Shown one piece after another: positions 24,162 through 38,385 of a stretch of 63,939 nucleotides of DNA. The stretch is taken from the NCBI GenBank assembly GCA_028534125.1, contig CM052816.1:69504062-69568000 (forward strand). The letters run 5' to 3'. Each line of letters starts with the position of its first letter. Within the stretch, counting starts at the first letter, position 1. The notes under the pieces are model-generated. The model did not search any database. It was not told the origin of the DNA and worked only from the letters and a program-made list of their open reading frames with translations. This stretch comes from Lama glama (taxonomy: Eukaryota). A program made the position numbers and the translations under genes.

Positions 24162-26593
24162 CTTCACTTTCCAGCCATGAAAACCAAGAGTAAGTGCAAC
24201 AGTAAGAACAGTGATTTGGATTAGAGTTTGGAAAATGATCTAAAGTGATTATATATGTGTCGATGTCAGTAGCTAGTCTTTTCCTGGGAACATAAATTCC
24301 TAGCGTTAAAGATTTAAGTAGTGAACACAAGGTTACAGGGTCATGCCCATAATTGGTCAAGGTCATGGTTGGCATTTCTTTCCAGATCTTGCCTCTAAAC
24401 TGCCATGATAGAAATACATGCAGATCACAATAGGACTGAGGTGGGCATTTTGAAAGGCTAGGCAGAGAGCTGTGGAAGATGGGAAAGCAATTTAAGTGTT
24501 GCTAGCGTCCAAAATAGAAAGAACACAGTGCGCCCTAGTGCAGAAAGCAGTCTGTACTCATACACGACTTGCAGATGACATGTTCCTATAACATTCTGCA
24601 GAAACAATTTTGTGACAACACTTAACTCCCCCTACTCCCCCCCCACCCCCACCCCTGCCATGTTGATCTTTTCCAGATGAGGAAAGTAAGGCCCTGAAGG
24701 CCGAGTAACCTCAGAACTCACATATCTGTTCACATGTCTCCATCTTCAGGGCAAACCACTTTACTAAGTGCCTACTGCGTGCCAAGTACCAAGATAGTCA
24801 CTGGGGTTCAGAAATATTTTGTAAGGACCTTTCATGCAAAACCATCACGAGGGTCTTTGTGATTTAGAACCATTGTACTAAAAGATGCCATTCCTTTATT
24901 CCTGTCAAGTTCTTTATGACTTCTGCATTAAGATTCATCATAAAAGTACAGACTCCGAACTGTTGTTCTAATTGATCCTCAAACTCATTTAGTTGTGACA
25001 GAGCCCTGAGAAGTTACGGTATTCTTTCTCGACACTTCAGAATGTTGAGGGAAAAAAAAATCAGCTTCAAGTAACTAATTACATAATCTTATGTTAAATC
25101 AGATTCCTTATATAATAGAGGCTTGTATAGACACGCTATATAGCAAGCACCCAAGGTTTAAAAAAATGTAGGTACATCTTGAAATTGAGAACAGTCTTAC
25201 TAACTTTCCCACTCCGCTAATTGGCAAAGGATCTTCCTTATCTGATGAGGATTGTAGAGCCCCTCTCTTCAAGACCTGGAGCATCAGTGTTCCCTGGGAA
25301 CAGAGTTTGGCAATCCCTAGTTTAATCCACAGGAGACTTTAAGAAAAGTTTTGGTAGAAAATTTGTGCGTGATAGTCTAGTGTTTCTGAGTATCCTCCAT
25401 TTTCCCCACCCTTCCCCAGCAGTGCTAGATTGACCTATTTCTTCAGAGACTTGTTGGTGACCTTAAAAAATTGCCAAAATTTGGGTTAGCTTAAAGATTG
25501 CCAAGTTTGGGGGGAAGTTCTTTTATGTTAGAGAAATACTGATAATCTCACTGTTTGCTTCACCTTATACCATTACTTATAATGTGCCCTACTTTTAAGC
25601 ACATTCATCCCTTACCTCAGTTATATAATTAACTATAACTTTAACATTAACCTAAGTCAGTTTTCTCTTGTGGCTGGGCAAAGAACCTACTTAGGTTGAG
25701 GTGAATGAGCTTCGATTTTCATTTGGTGATAAACTTTGTTTTTAATCAGCTCTTCCACCTTTCTAACCACCCTCCCCACTCCCCGAGTGGTGTTGATTAC
25801 TTGGGCACGGCTCTCAGCTCTCGGTGCTCTGTGGGAGTGGGTGTAACCCAGTTTCCTGCTCCATCATGTCATTTGGACCAATGCTGATTGACCCTCATCC
25901 TGTGACACAGAGCCTGTCAGTGGACAAACTGGTGGTGAAGGCTTGAACTTGGTTAAATGGATGGTGTCTTTATTGAAGACTTGTTTACTAGAACCTCAGC
26001 AGATTCAGGGAGCAAAAGCATAGGTGGGCTTCTAAGCAGCAAATGTATTCCTTCTAAAGAGCAACATAAAGCATCTAAAAACCTGGACTTGAGAACTTTC
26101 TCGATGCTCTTTTGCAACTGAAAGCGTTTGAAGAAATAAACAGTTTCTTTGCACAAAGTGACTGAACTGAGGCAAGTCTCTTTAAAGAAAATTTTCACTC
26201 AATAAAAAAATGTTTTAAAGAAGAAAAAGAAAATTTTCAGTGCAGGTCAGCATATCTTTTACCTGGAGTGGTGGTGGAACTTTTATTGAATGTTCAGAGC
26301 ATCTGGGAGTTTCTTAGACGTCTGTCACCTGCTTGGTTTCTGTGATCTGCCTGATGACTCAGACAGTTGAGCTAATTATTCCAAAGGCTGTGGCTTCTAG
26401 GCACGAACCTAAATTTTGATAACATAGAGTACTGTTTGTTTGTTCCAATGTGGAGAAATTCAGAGAATTATGTTACTATTCTTCACTTATTCATTAAATA
26501 GTTGCACAGACCTGCTCTTTGCATACATAGAATTATAAGCCATTTGCGTGCACTTAAATAAGGCAGAGGGTAGAAGTTACTCCCTGCTTCTTC

Positions 26594-26775
26594 AGTGGTT
26601 GTCAGTGGTGACTGGCTGGAATTGCATAAGTTGCTTTAAAAAAAGGGGGGTGGCTGGTGGCCAGATTCACCCCCGGAGATTCTGACATAATTGGTCTGCA
26701 GTGTGGGCTGGGCATTGGGGTTTTTCAGCATTCCCTCAGGTGATGCTAATGTGCAGACAAGCTTGAGAACCATGG
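26594..26775 (+). mobile_element. MER5A (hAT-Charlie MITE); a second MER5-like fragment lies at about 26880-26975
   Basis: Contains 'ccccggagattctgacataattggtctg..gtgtggg.ctgggcatt...caggtgatgctaatgtgcag..aagcttgagaaccatg'. Confidence 0.8.
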
Positions 26776-27949
26776 CTTTAAAGTTGATTATATTCTTAAC
26801 TGGGGACCTTACTATGTTACAGGTGTTCTTAACCAGGAACACATGGTAGACAACAAGGAACGTAAGGTAAAAATCTACTTGTTGGAGTTCTGATCCTTGG
26901 AGATTCTGACAGCAGGTCTGAGGTAGTTACGAAAAGCTTCTCAGGTGATTCTGATAACAGCTCTTTTAGAGCCACAGCTGTAAGCATATTTTAAAACTTG
27001 AGAGACATAGTAAGGGTGCAGGTAAGATGCCATAGAAATTTCAACAGTGACGTTTAGCAGAGATCTGAGTTTCATTTTGCCATTTCTGGATGCTGCAGTA
27101 AAAATACCATAGACGATCTGGATCGACCAGAGTTCACAGTCCATTATTTTAGAATTTGGCTTTCTTTAGTGTGATTATGTATGTGGAAAGGCATCCTCGA
27201 GAAAGCATGGGATAATTGCATGAAAATACTTAGATGTCTGTCAGAGGCCTAAAGATGTTTATCTTTTTTGCTTCAGTTCAGAGCATGCTTAAGAGTCTTT
27301 TTGGCCACCTTAGAATTTTGAAGTGTGTGTTTTATCATAAAAAGTGTGAGGCACTAATTAAAGCCTTACATCATTGTTTGCTTTTCTCTTCTTGCCTGAA
27401 TTGGGAGGGGGTTTTAAGTGAATCACTTTCTAGGCTCCTGTGCAGGTTGGCAGTGTTATGTTCTTTAGCTTTTTCAAGCCATGGTTAATAATTTGGGGGA
27501 AAGAATGCTGTAATTTAATACAACCTTTGATTGGAAACTTTTGAAGTCAGACTACTAAGTATAGTGAAACTTTGTCACTGTTGCAGGTAGACCTGGTGTT
27601 TTATAATTAGTTCTGTTTTAGAGAGTGAACTGCCGACTAAAACTGTGGCCCTGATGACCTTCAGTGTGCCCACTTAGAATTCTCGGGCTCTTCAGCGCCA
27701 GTCTGATCTGGGAGCAGCTGCCTAGCAGAGGGACAGTCTGCTCCACACACAGCGTGGCTGTCTCCCCAGTAGCTGTGGACGCTGCTCCATCGCCAGCAGC
27801 CCCTCAGTCACCCGAGCCAGCTCTCCCTCCCTTCTACCCATTTCCCTCCATTTCTCCCTCTTCCACCATCATTTCTCTCCCCAAGACCCCCAGGGTCGCA
27901 GGTCTTCTGCTTAGTGATCTTTACGTCTCCTCAGAAGTTACTGGACTTT

Positions 27950-29280
27950 GCTCTTTCTACTTCAGAGCAGGCAGTCACTTCTCTTAATTGAGTCAAACTT
28001 GTTCCTCATCCTCTTGATGATTTAAAAAATCTGGTCTTTTCCCTGTTGTTCTTTATTTCAGCCCCACCCACACCTGCTGCTTTTATTGTCCCAAACAGCT
28101 TAGACCCCCATGGCCAGTCACTGAATATATTGTCCACAGACCCAGTCCCCTGTCCCCACTTCTCCAGTGCATCTGGCCCTGGCAGACTGCCAAGTGCTGC
28201 TCACCAGCCCTGTCGCCTGGCTCTGGTACAGAACGATGACTTACAAGCTCTGTGGGCCTTCTGTGGCTCCTTAGGGATCCTTCGTACCCCTTGGACAACG
28301 AGGGCTTGCCTTCTTCCCCCTGCAGCTGTTAAGGATCTTTTCTTATTATCTCTGAACTTCAACCACATTTTTTCCTCCTTTATACTCGGGAAGCAAGCAG
28401 CCTCACGAACTCCTTTACAGAGAAACTAGAGATAGGAATCCTTCCATTTTTTTTTTTTTCTGAATGTTTCTATGTATTGTTGCCTCTCTCCCCTTCACCA
28501 CTCCCTTCCCCAGCTGATTGGCCAACTGTGCTCTTCCGGTTCCCTCCTGAACGTTTTTCTCTGTTATCTTCATTTCCTCGTGTATCTTCTTGAGTCTTTC
28601 CTTGTCTATTGACTCCAGTCTCTTTTATTCCAAAAAAACCCTTCCCTCCTGATTCCCGGCATTGCTTCCCTAACTCTCCCCCTTTTACTTACAGACTGCT
28701 GAAAGAGGAGTTCATTGCCGGTTCTACTTCACTTCTGCTTTAACCAGTTGCAGCTGGACCATGGCTTTCCCACCCATGCTAACACGCCTTTTCAGCCTCC
28801 ATCCTGTTTGCTGATGTTTGACACTGTTGATCGCTTCTGCTTTGGCTTCCACAGTACAGCCATCCTCACTTTCCTCCTAGTTCTTACGTTGCTTTTTCTG
28901 TCTCCTCCGTTGACTGCTTTTCTTTAACTCACTCTTTAAGTGTAACCAGTCCTCCAGTGTTCCATGCTTGGCCTTTTCCTCTTTTTATCCTGACTTCAAG
29001 TATGAATTCATCTATTCCCATGACTTGTTTCCTTTGAACACTGAGTTCAACATATACCCAACCAGCACCAGGTACTCAGGAGTGAGAAATGAGACAGGCA
29101 AACTCACTGCCTTTGAGAAGTTCAGCAAACATTTGTAGAGCACTTAGTATGTGCCAAACACTGTTCTGATGAGTCACAAACAATCCCTGGCTTCATGGAG
29201 CTTACATTCTAGTGGGGGAACCCAGAAGTAGCAAGTAAACAAGTAAATGCAGGAATATCAGACAGCGATAAGATCTCTGA
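27950..29280. mobile_element. Decayed L2 LINE body (+ strand, pyrimidine-rich) and an antisense L2 3' end (29120-29280)
   Basis: Contains 'tttgacactgttgatcgcttc...ttggcttccacagtacagccatcctc' and 'catttgtagagcacttagtatgtgccaaacactgttct...catggagcttacattctagtgggg'. Confidence 0.6.
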
Positions 29281-29368
29281 TCATTAAATTTGTTCATCTA
29301 TGTCTGTTTCCTTGTCTATAAAGTAGAGAAAATAATACACCTACCTCCAGAGGGGTGTTTTGAGTATT

Positions 29369-29467
29369 TAAAAAACAATTTTTTTTTAATGGAGATACTG
29401 GGAATTGAACCCAGGACTTTGTACATGCTAAGCATGCACTCTTATCACTGAGCTACACCCTCACCCC
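29369..29467 (-). mobile_element. Camelid-type tRNA-Ala SINE (short form) inserted in a MIR
   Basis: Contains 'aatggagatactgggaattgaacccaggactttgtacatgctaagcatgcactcttatcactgagctacaccctc'. The degenerate TSD is GTTTTGA(G/A)T(A/G)TT at 29357-29368 and 29469-29480. Confidence 0.88.
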
Positions 29468-31574
29468 AGTTTTGAATGTTAGAAGAGTTAACACTATAAT
29501 GGGAAGTACTTCATACAGTGTCTGCCCTATAGTAAGTCCTCTCTTTCTCACTCACTCACACACACACTTTGTATTTCTTCCATTTCTCAATTTCAACAGG
29601 GCCAATGAGCATTTTGTAATAATTAAGACTAGAAAAGATAGGCCAGGAATTTGCTGTTTAAGAATGGATAAGAGATGAGAGTAATTATAGGAGCTGATTT
29701 TTGATGTGTTCTTAGAGGATTGTTTTAACATTTTTGAAATGAAACATTTAAGTATATTTCTTGAAGCAGGGTTAGTAATTTTAATTAGAAACAGTGAATA
29801 GTCTGTAGTGTGGAAATGGGGTGAAAATTTTCAGGCCATGAAGTTGGCAGTGTAGAAATGGATTATAAATGATCTTTTCCTGTAGGGCTACCAGAGACCC
29901 TCCATTGTGGTGGCATAGCTGTTGGGGTGAAGCTTCCTTCCTCACCGTCAGCTCCCTGTTCCCTTTGTTGTTGCCTTTTTTTTTTTTTTTTCTTAATGTG
30001 CCCAAGTGCTTAGGGGCCCACTTCCAAAGCCAGGAATCTTGTCTTCTGTCTTGTGAAGCCCCTTTATCTTGGTCTTTTTTACATTCGCCAGCTCTCATGC
30101 CCCATCTATGGCACTTCTGCTACTGTTAGGTTTTCCTTTTATTTTACTTTGCTTTTGTCTCTGATTTTCATGATGGTCCCACCTGATAAACATTAGCCCA
30201 TTGAATTCTGTATTGATACTGACTAAAAATGTTACATTCACACCCAAAGTATGTTATGACTGTGGTATTTCTCTCATAGTCTCACATGGCCCATTTTTCA
30301 GATTGTGTAGAGGAATTCAAGGCTTAATTTTTTTAAAAAAAAGTAAGGAAGGGCTATTAATGTTTCTCACAACCTGCCTTTGTTTCTAAATATGTTTTTT
30401 TTTTTCCTTTCCTCCCCTTCTTTGTGTTTGGGAGTTTCAAAGAAGGATTTAGCAGAGGAAATGGGACAGTGACGTTTTGTTTTTTGTTTTGAAGTTGTTG
30501 AGTTGAGCAGACCTTGTGTTCATAGGGTGTGAATTGCAGGATGTAGTGCTGGGGTCCTCCCTGCCAGCAGACCCCACATCAGGGTTATTCTGGGAAACCT
30601 TATCCCTGGCTGGCTATAAAATCAGGGCTGAACTTTGTCAAAAGGCTAAACAGGAAACAGATATAAATAACTATTCAATTTTAATTCAGTTCTAGCTACT
30701 TTCTCACACATATTTGATATTTTTAAAATTGTATTTCTTTAAGAAAAAAACCCAAAAACTTTAATTCCTTAATTTCCAGATCACTTTTCATACGAAACTC
30801 ATTTCACCTTCATGTCTAGCCAATGGTACCCTTCCTTGAGCAGGTGAAAAAAAATTAACATTTAACAATGTCCAAGATACAAAAGAAAATTTTGAGAACG
30901 TGAGAACACAAAACTACTTCATCGACTTTCTAGATTTTGTTCATGGTCTTTGAATGCTGATAAAGAACTATAAAGTTTTAGCAAAGTTAGTAGAGCAGAC
31001 AGTCTGTTTGGTTTAAACCAGCTTTTCTCAACCTTTTCTTCATTGTTTTTCTCCTCTCCAAGAGCTTTCTTAGACTTTTTTCCCTTAATCATCCTTCCCC
31101 CCATGGTATTTTAATACTACACAGATACTGTGTATGAGTTTATGTTCTGCATGTATATTTTTGCTTTGTAGGCAAAAAAAAAAATCAGTTTGTTTTGCAC
31201 CCCCACCCCCAAACCTTTCACCCCTTTGGGGGGCAATATTGCCCCAGTGAAAAATGCATGGTTAAAAAGGATGAGAAAATATATTTAAATACTTAGGTAA
31301 CTTGGTTATTTATCTAAACCAGGTGTTACTTGCTTGAATACATTTATAAGACTGATAGTACTAAAAACTTTTCTTTGATGGGGTGTCTTCTCCTTTTTCT
31401 AGCACATAGATTTTCCCCAACTTCCAGAAGGGCCAGGGTGTGACTATACTAATAGATTTTAGGAAGACCTCTATTTTAACTCTGATAATTTACTTCAGGA
31501 TGATATGAGTAATCTGAGAATATAGGAGATTGTTTTAGGGTTCACCAATTGACTTTTCAGCTGTTGACTGGCTT

Positions 31575-33245
31575 GTCTCAGACATTCTGCATATAAGGCA
31601 CTATGCTAGGCTTGATAGCAGAGATGCCAAAAAAGTATTTAAGACAAGCTCCCTGACTCCAAAGACCTTGTGACCTTGTTGGACAAAATGAATTCAGAAA
31701 AGGGAAAAATTATAGAGTTTAATTATTATAGAATTTAAATAGTAGTGGAGGACCCAAAGGATAGATGGTATGTAATACATTGTCAAATGAGACTAGGTAT
31801 AAAAGGGGAATGCTGTGGCCGTTGAGAGAAGGGTGAGAGTTCAGATGAGAGCAGTCCATGGAGAAGTTACACAGGCAGAGAGCTAGGGATGGAAGGCTAT
31901 TGAGTGGAATCATGTGACAAGAAGGAGGCAACAGGGTGAGCCAAAAACAGGGCAGGGATGCCCAAGATACGTATGAGGGAGGAAGCCAGTTTGATTGTAC
32001 TGTCAGATTTATGTAGGACAGGCTGTGGGAAATAGGAATGAAAAGGTTTGATAGGGACAGACTGACCACAAAGCTTTCTGTATAAATACCTCCATTATCT
32101 GCAAAGTTGAATTTTCCCCCGTCAACTAAATATCTTCTTCCATGAAGATGGCTGGACATTGTTCAAATGATCCCTGATGTCTTTTTTGAGGTCCTCAGCG
32201 GGTTTCAGTACACAAAGGACTTTGTGGTCACTCTGAATCCAATGGGAAACCTGAGATTTTAGAAGATTCTGAAGGCCATAGTGTGCAGGAGTGTATAAAT
32301 GACAGAAGAGGCAAAACATGGAAGCCAAGAGTTCACCGAGAAAACAGTTGCCAAGTGGGAGGTGATGAGTGCCTAACTTTGATGGTATCACTGGACGAAA
32401 GAAAAGGTGCCTGGATTTGGCAATGGTAGAAGGGATAGAGAAAAAGGGGCAGATTCAAAAACCATTGAAGAGGTGGAAATGGCCAGCCTTGTCTGTCTCT
32501 TCTGTGTGTTACGAGAGATGCAGGATCTAGAGTCCGGCTTGATGACTGCGATGGTGGTCGTGCTTTGCTGTGAATTAGGTTAGAATACGGGAGGAGGTTG
32601 GGGAGGTTAGTTGGGAATTGCTGAGTTTGAGATGTCCACGGAGTGTCTGAAAGATGTGTGCAGCAGTTTGCTGTGAGAGTCTGAAGCTTGGAGAGGTTGG
32701 GGCTAGGGCAGGAGGTTTGGGAGTATTTGCTTAAAGGTCATGGTTACATGTTGGAAATGTACGAGCTCACTGGAGGGAATGTGTAGATGAGAAGAACGGT
32801 AATCAAAGAGGAGACTGTGGGACCAATAATGACTGAGGGGAAGGGGAGGCAGGGTTGAAAGAATAGGCAGGATCCTAGTTCTGATTGGATATGGAAGGCA
32901 AAGGCTGAAGTTTCAGAATTAGTAAGGGGATGAATGATATCATTGTTAACTATTAACTTTTAGCTCTTAAAAATGGGTTGGGTTACTTTGTTCAGCATCC
33001 AGTTAGCACCTGGGAAGTTACATCTTATTGGTCAGCCCAAAGATTTCTAGAATTTCAAGATGAGGGGGAGGTCTGGTTATCTCTTTAGGGATTTTTGGAT
33101 AACAATCTGTTTACATCTGTCTCTGGGTTGTAAGATCTGGAGGGCTGGTTTCACATCTTATTCAACATGTATACGCAGTGCTTACCTAGCATAGTATCTG
33201 CCTTGCTTGCACTCAAAAATTCATTTGATGTATGAATGAGTGATC
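31575..33245 (-). mobile_element. L2 LINE fragments (mainly antisense; a sense 3' end at about 33100-33245)
   Basis: Purine-rich sequence with 'aggcactatgctagg...ccctgactccaaagacctt', 'tgctgagtttgagatgtcc...gagaggttggggctag' and 'cctagcatagtatctg...tgtatgaatgagtga'. Confidence 0.6.
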
Positions 33246-34804
33246 AGAGTCAAATATTACCAGAAAAATCCAAGAAAATGAAGATTGAGGAAAAAGACTT
33301 TAGAATTTGAGGATTTGCAGATCATAATGCGCTTCAAGGAGCCAGTTTTTGATTAGAGAGGAAAACAGAGAAAGGTTGAGAGGAAGCAGAAGAGTTTGTG
33401 GAGTTGACCTGGAGAGAACTATTTTAATTTGGCAGAGAAAAAGAACAGGAGCAGTAAGTGAAGGCAGTTTTGTTAGTTCCAAACAGTGAATGAAGATCTT
33501 TGTGGATCTTGTACATCTGTTAAATAGGAGTGAGTGTAAAATAAGAAGACTTGGTTCAGGAGATGGTCCCTCAAAGAATCCCTAAACTTTCTAGGACGTG
33601 CCCAATGTTTCTGGGACTTTGTTATGACTTAAGGGATGGAACACTATCTTAAAGTTATATTTGTAGAAAGACAGCAGGAGGGAAAATTGATGTTAATGAA
33701 AAGCAGCCTGAAACATAATTACAGCTAGGCAGAAGGAAATCCACTACTCCCACATTAAATCTGGGTCCACAAAGAAAATTTATTTGGGCTCATTAGAGCC
33801 TTTTTTCCTTTATTCATTTTAGCAGTAGAATGGATTGAAAAGTAATATTGAGATTAATAATAGCATTTATTGAAATTACGTTTTTTATTTCAAGATTTTA
33901 AGAAGGCTGAAAACGCCAACAGTGCTATAATTTTTAATTTTGATGGTTCACCTAATGATATTTTTTTAGGATGTGTGGAATTAGGGAAATCATTAACGGA
34001 GTAAAATGATGGGGAAGGATAGGGCTGGACAGAGGCAGATAATGTCCACCCTGAACTCAGTTTCCAGAGCCTGGTCGGAGGGTTTTTTGATCAAATTGCA
34101 TCTCTGATTTAAAAGCCCATTACTTTCTTTTTATAACAGGAAATAATGGTATTGCTGCCGGTCTAGATTATTTCTTAACTTGACCTTTATTGTGTTTGAC
34201 TTTGTGATCCCAACTTAAAAGAAAAACAAACCTTTTGGATGTAGCTAGGAGAGAATTCTTTCCCATGTTTTAGGGAGTGGTAGTAAAATACATTTTGTTC
34301 GGCAGTTCTGTTTCACACTTCCTTACAGATAAAGACCCTTTCTTTCTCTGTGGTTGAGTTTGGGTGTGCCTTGCTGTAATGGTATTTGACATGAGAAAGT
34401 TCATAAAAATTCATGGAACTACTCATGACACAGGACAATGAGGTATATGAATTTGTCAGTTATATTTATGCAGACTAGTCTCGTTTCCCAGTATTCACTG
34501 GACAGTTAGGTGGACACGAGTTTTTATTTTGTAAAATCTTCTGTAAATTATTAGATATGGGTGAAATCTAGAGTTTTTCCCTCATAAAGATATTTTAGGA
34601 ACTTCTTATAGAAGGATACATTGTGTATTGCTGAAGAGAACTTAGTCATTTTATTCAGTAGTCATTTTGTGGAAACTAAGGCCTAGAGAGGGAGGATGAC
34701 TCGTCCAGCGTCTCAGAGTGAGAGATTTGGACCTAACTTCTCAGATATCTGCTTTTGCTAGCTCACATTTATCCATCCTTCCTTTGGGCACCTTTAGTTC
34801 TTAA

Positions 34805-35109
34805 CTGTCATGTCAAACATGTGGCCCACTAGCTAAGGTATTTTGCTTGGCCTACCCTACTATTTGCAGTTTCTTAAAATTTGTTGTCAACATTTAAGAT
34901 AAAAGATTTTCACATAAAGTTTCAACTTCTGGCTTCTTTTGGAAAACTGGAGAATGGGAAGAGCTGATACTACTGGGTCCCCATTTGTGAGTGACTGCTG
35001 CCCCCTTTGGGTGGAACTCAGACCTTCAAGTTCCTCACATGGTCATCAGTCACCATTTCTTGGTACCCTTCGTGGTCTGTCTCTGTAAGCATTTGAGTTT
35101 GGAACCCTG
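34805..35109. mobile_element. MER102-like hAT element
   Basis: Contains 'ttttcacataaa...ttctggcttcttttggaaaactggagaat...ctgtaagcatttgagtttggaaccctg'. Confidence 0.6.
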
Positions 35110-35311
35110 CTCTAGCTCTAATGCGATGTAGTTACGAGTTACGTCCCACCTTCCACAGTTCTAATGTGTATTATATCCTCTTAAATTCTTGCTTGCAGAA
35201 AGAGGCTGTCTCTTACTTTCTTGGTCTTTCTGTTAACTATAGTGTCTTACCCACTCTATTCCCAGAGCCTACAGCATAGTAAAGGATCAGTGAAGATTTA
35301 GAACCATAGAG

Positions 35312-35519
35312 CAGAGGACCTCAAAATTTTCTATAATGGGCCAGATAGTAAATATTTTAGTTTTTGTGGGCTGTCAAGTCTCTCACAATCATTCAATTCT
35401 GCTGTCATACTCTGGACGCAGCCAAGGCAAAAACAAACGCAGGGACTTGGCTGTATGTAGTCCAAGGAAACTTTATCTCAACATCAGACAGCAGACCAGA
35501 TTTGGTTCAGTGACCCCTG
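35312..35519 (+). mobile_element. MER58A (hAT-Charlie MITE)
   Basis: Contains 'ttttctataatgggccagatagtaaatattttag...cagaccagatttgg...tgacccctg'. The 8-bp TSD CCATAGAG/CCATGGAA matches at 6 of 8 positions. Confidence 0.85.
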
Positions 35520-36819
35520 CCATGGAATTCTAGTATTATGAGAAAACTCATAACATTTTACTATCACCGCATATGTGCTTTTCTATTTATACTACACACT
35601 TAATTGTCAGACCTTTTCAATATCCCCTATTTTTTGTGACTCTCAACTGCTGCCTAGATTCGCAAAGATTTATTTACAATCCAGTCTCTGTTTATGAGGA
35701 AAATAAAAGAGGGCAGATTTATTTCAGGTTGTCAGGTGAAAGATGCTGTATTTGTATTTATTACAGATAACAGGCTCTTGAGTTATCCTAGATTACATGT
35801 ATCCATGACAGTCTAAATCTAAGTTAAGTGATGTATTTTCAGAAGTTCAGTGATGCATATTTTCTCAACAGATACTACCAGGACAGTTTATTGATGCTAA
35901 TAATAGTTTTACAGAAATGAGTTGTCATATTGTCTATAATGGCCTGACACCTATTTAATCTTACCGAATCCTGAATAGGTAATAATATTCTACTCTTGTT
36001 AATACTTAGAAATATGTTCTTAAAATGGCTAAAAAATTTAAATATTTCTTTGTAGCCATGTTAGCAAGAGGATATTTTTTCACACTTAGTTTTAAGTTTG
36101 TAGGGTTGTGTGCCTCTCGAGATTTGGATCCAGGGCTTCATTTATATAATCAACACATTGGAAAGGCATAGGCAAATGGATTTTTACCCCCTTGGGATGG
36201 TTGCAGTCTTACTTTCATTGGGAAGCCCTAAAGGGAGTATATTAGAATTCTTGGTTGCAGCCAGAAACTGCAAGCTGGCCTGGGATAAGAGAGTAACTAT
36301 AGCTTCAGGGTGTCTGGATTCAGGGCACAGGCATGGTTTTCAGAGGTAACTTGCTAACCCGCCTTTTCAGCTCTGCTTTATTCCGAGTTGGCTCCATCTT
36401 CAGGCAGGACCTCCTCTCCTGGTGGCAAGATGGTTGCCAGAGCTCTGTGTTTAACACCCTCATCCAAGAAAACACTTGTTCCTAATAATTCCAAAAAAAT
36501 TTGTATTTTTTTAAAATACATATCTGATTTACTTTTTTGCAATTGATCATAAATGGATATGCTCACAATACCCCCAAGGAACATCTGCTACAAAGGACAG
36601 AATGAAAGATCATGTTTAAGATCTAGTTCTAGAACTCTACAACTCAGATTTCCTTGATTTGAGGAGCCCAATGATATCATATTGGAAACATAGCAGTGGT
36701 CATGGACTGGAGGCAGTTGCCAGAAAGATTTGTGTAAGGTTGACTTTGTGGAGTTATCTGCACTGGTCACACATAATTATCCCATGCCATATACTTAGTA
36801 TAACCAACTTATTCAATAG

Positions 36820-36972
36820 ATAGGTTTATTTTACAAAACACCTTTATTATGGTATGGTTTATGTACAGTAAACTACACGTATTTACAATTTGATGAATTT
36901 TGATAGATATGTATACACCAATGAAACCACCACCACAATCAAAATATCTAACACTCCTGCCATTCCCCAAGA
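36820..36972 (-). mobile_element. L1MB-type 3' end
   Basis: Contains 'tacaatttgatgaattttgatagatatgtatacacc.atgaaaccaccaccacaatcaaaata'. Confidence 0.7.
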
Positions 36973-36974
36973 GG

Positions 36975-38147
36975 TGCAAATTTCAAATTCCCAGTTTATC
37001 CTTTCCCCTCTGGTAACCATAAGTTTGTTCTCTATGTCTATGAGTCTGTTTCTGTTTTGTAGATAAGTTCATTTGTGTCTCTCTTTTTTTTTTTTTAGAT
37101 TCCACATATAAGCAATATCACATGGTCTTTTTCTTTCTCTTTTTGACTTACTTCACTTAGAATGACAATCTCCAGGTTCATCCATGTTGCTGAATGTGGC
37201 ATTGTTTTTATGGCTGAGTAGTATTCCATTGTATGTATATACCACTGAATATTCTTTATCCAGTCATCTGTCAATGAACATTTGGGTTGTTTCCATGTCT
37301 TGGCTATTGTAAATAGTGCTGCTGTGAACACTGGGGTACATATATCTTTCAAATTATATTTTCCTTTGGATATATGTGCAGGAGAGGGATTACTGGATCA
37401 TATGGTAAGTCTATTTTTAGTTTTTGGAGGACTCTCCATACTGTCCTCCATAGTGGCTGCACCAATTTACATTCCCACCAACAGTGTAGGAGGGTTCCTT
37501 TTTCTCCACACCCTCTCCAGCATTTATTGTTTGTGGACTTTTTAGTGATGGCCATTCTGACTGGTGTCAGGTAGTATTTCATTGTAGTTTTAATTTGTAT
37601 TTCTCTAACAATTAGTGATGTTGAGCATCTTTTCATGTGCTTTGTTGGCCATCTGGATGTCTTCTTTGGAGAAATGTCTGTTTAGGTCTTCTGCCCATTT
37701 TTTGATTGCTTTGCTTGTTTTTTCATATTAAGCTGTATGAGCTGTTTGTATAGTTTGAAAATTAGTCCCTTGTCAGTCACATCATTTGCAAATTTTTTCT
37801 CCCATTCTGTAGGTTGTCTTTACATTTTGTTGATGGTATCCTTAGCTGTGCAAAAGCTTTTAAGTTTAATTAGATCCCATTTGTTTATTTTTGCTTTTAT
37901 TTCTATTATTGCAGGAGCTGGTTTGAAAAAAATACTGCTGTGATTTATGTCCAGGAGTGTTCTGCCTATGTTTTCTTCTAGGAGTTTTACAGTATCTGGT
38001 CTTACATTTAGATCTTTAATCCATTTTGAGTTTATTTTTGTGTATAGTGTTCGAGAATGTTCTAAGGTCAGTCTTTTACAGGTAGCTGTCCAGTTTTCCT
38101 AGCACCACTTGTACAAAGACTGTCTTTTCTCCATTGTATATTCTTGC
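36975..38147 (-). mobile_element. Young lineage-specific L1 fragment (ORF2 C-terminus and partial 3' UTR, frameshifted)
   Basis: ORFs 37349-37636 (…[28 protein letters not shown]…) and 37095-37352 (…[15 protein letters not shown]…EYYSAIK…) are the L1 ORF2p Cys-rich C-terminal domain. Confidence 0.95.
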
Positions 38148-38159
38148 AAAAGTTCTATT

Positions 38160-38385
38160 CTAGAGTCTCATTTCATCTAATTGTCCTGGCTGAGGTTATT
38201 TGTCCATCCATGAATCAGACCCTATGGTCAGGAAGGTGTGAGGCTCTGATTGGCTAGGCCTGCATCTGTGCCCATCTCTGGTTGTGGAGTTGGGCTCAGC
38301 CCCACCCAAACTATATAGACTGGGTTGGGGAAATGCTTCTCCATGATAAATCAAGGCACTGTTGTCACAAGAAGGGAATAAAAGG
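38160..38385 (-). mobile_element. Old MLT1 LTR fragment
   Basis: Contains 'ccatccatgaatcagaccctatggtcagg...ctctgattggctaggcctg...aaatcaaggcactgttgtcacaagaaggg'. Confidence 0.55.

Noticed and set aside
37095..37636. Functional protein-coding gene
   Set aside because: These are frameshifted fragments of the L1 ORF2p C-terminus within a truncated L1.
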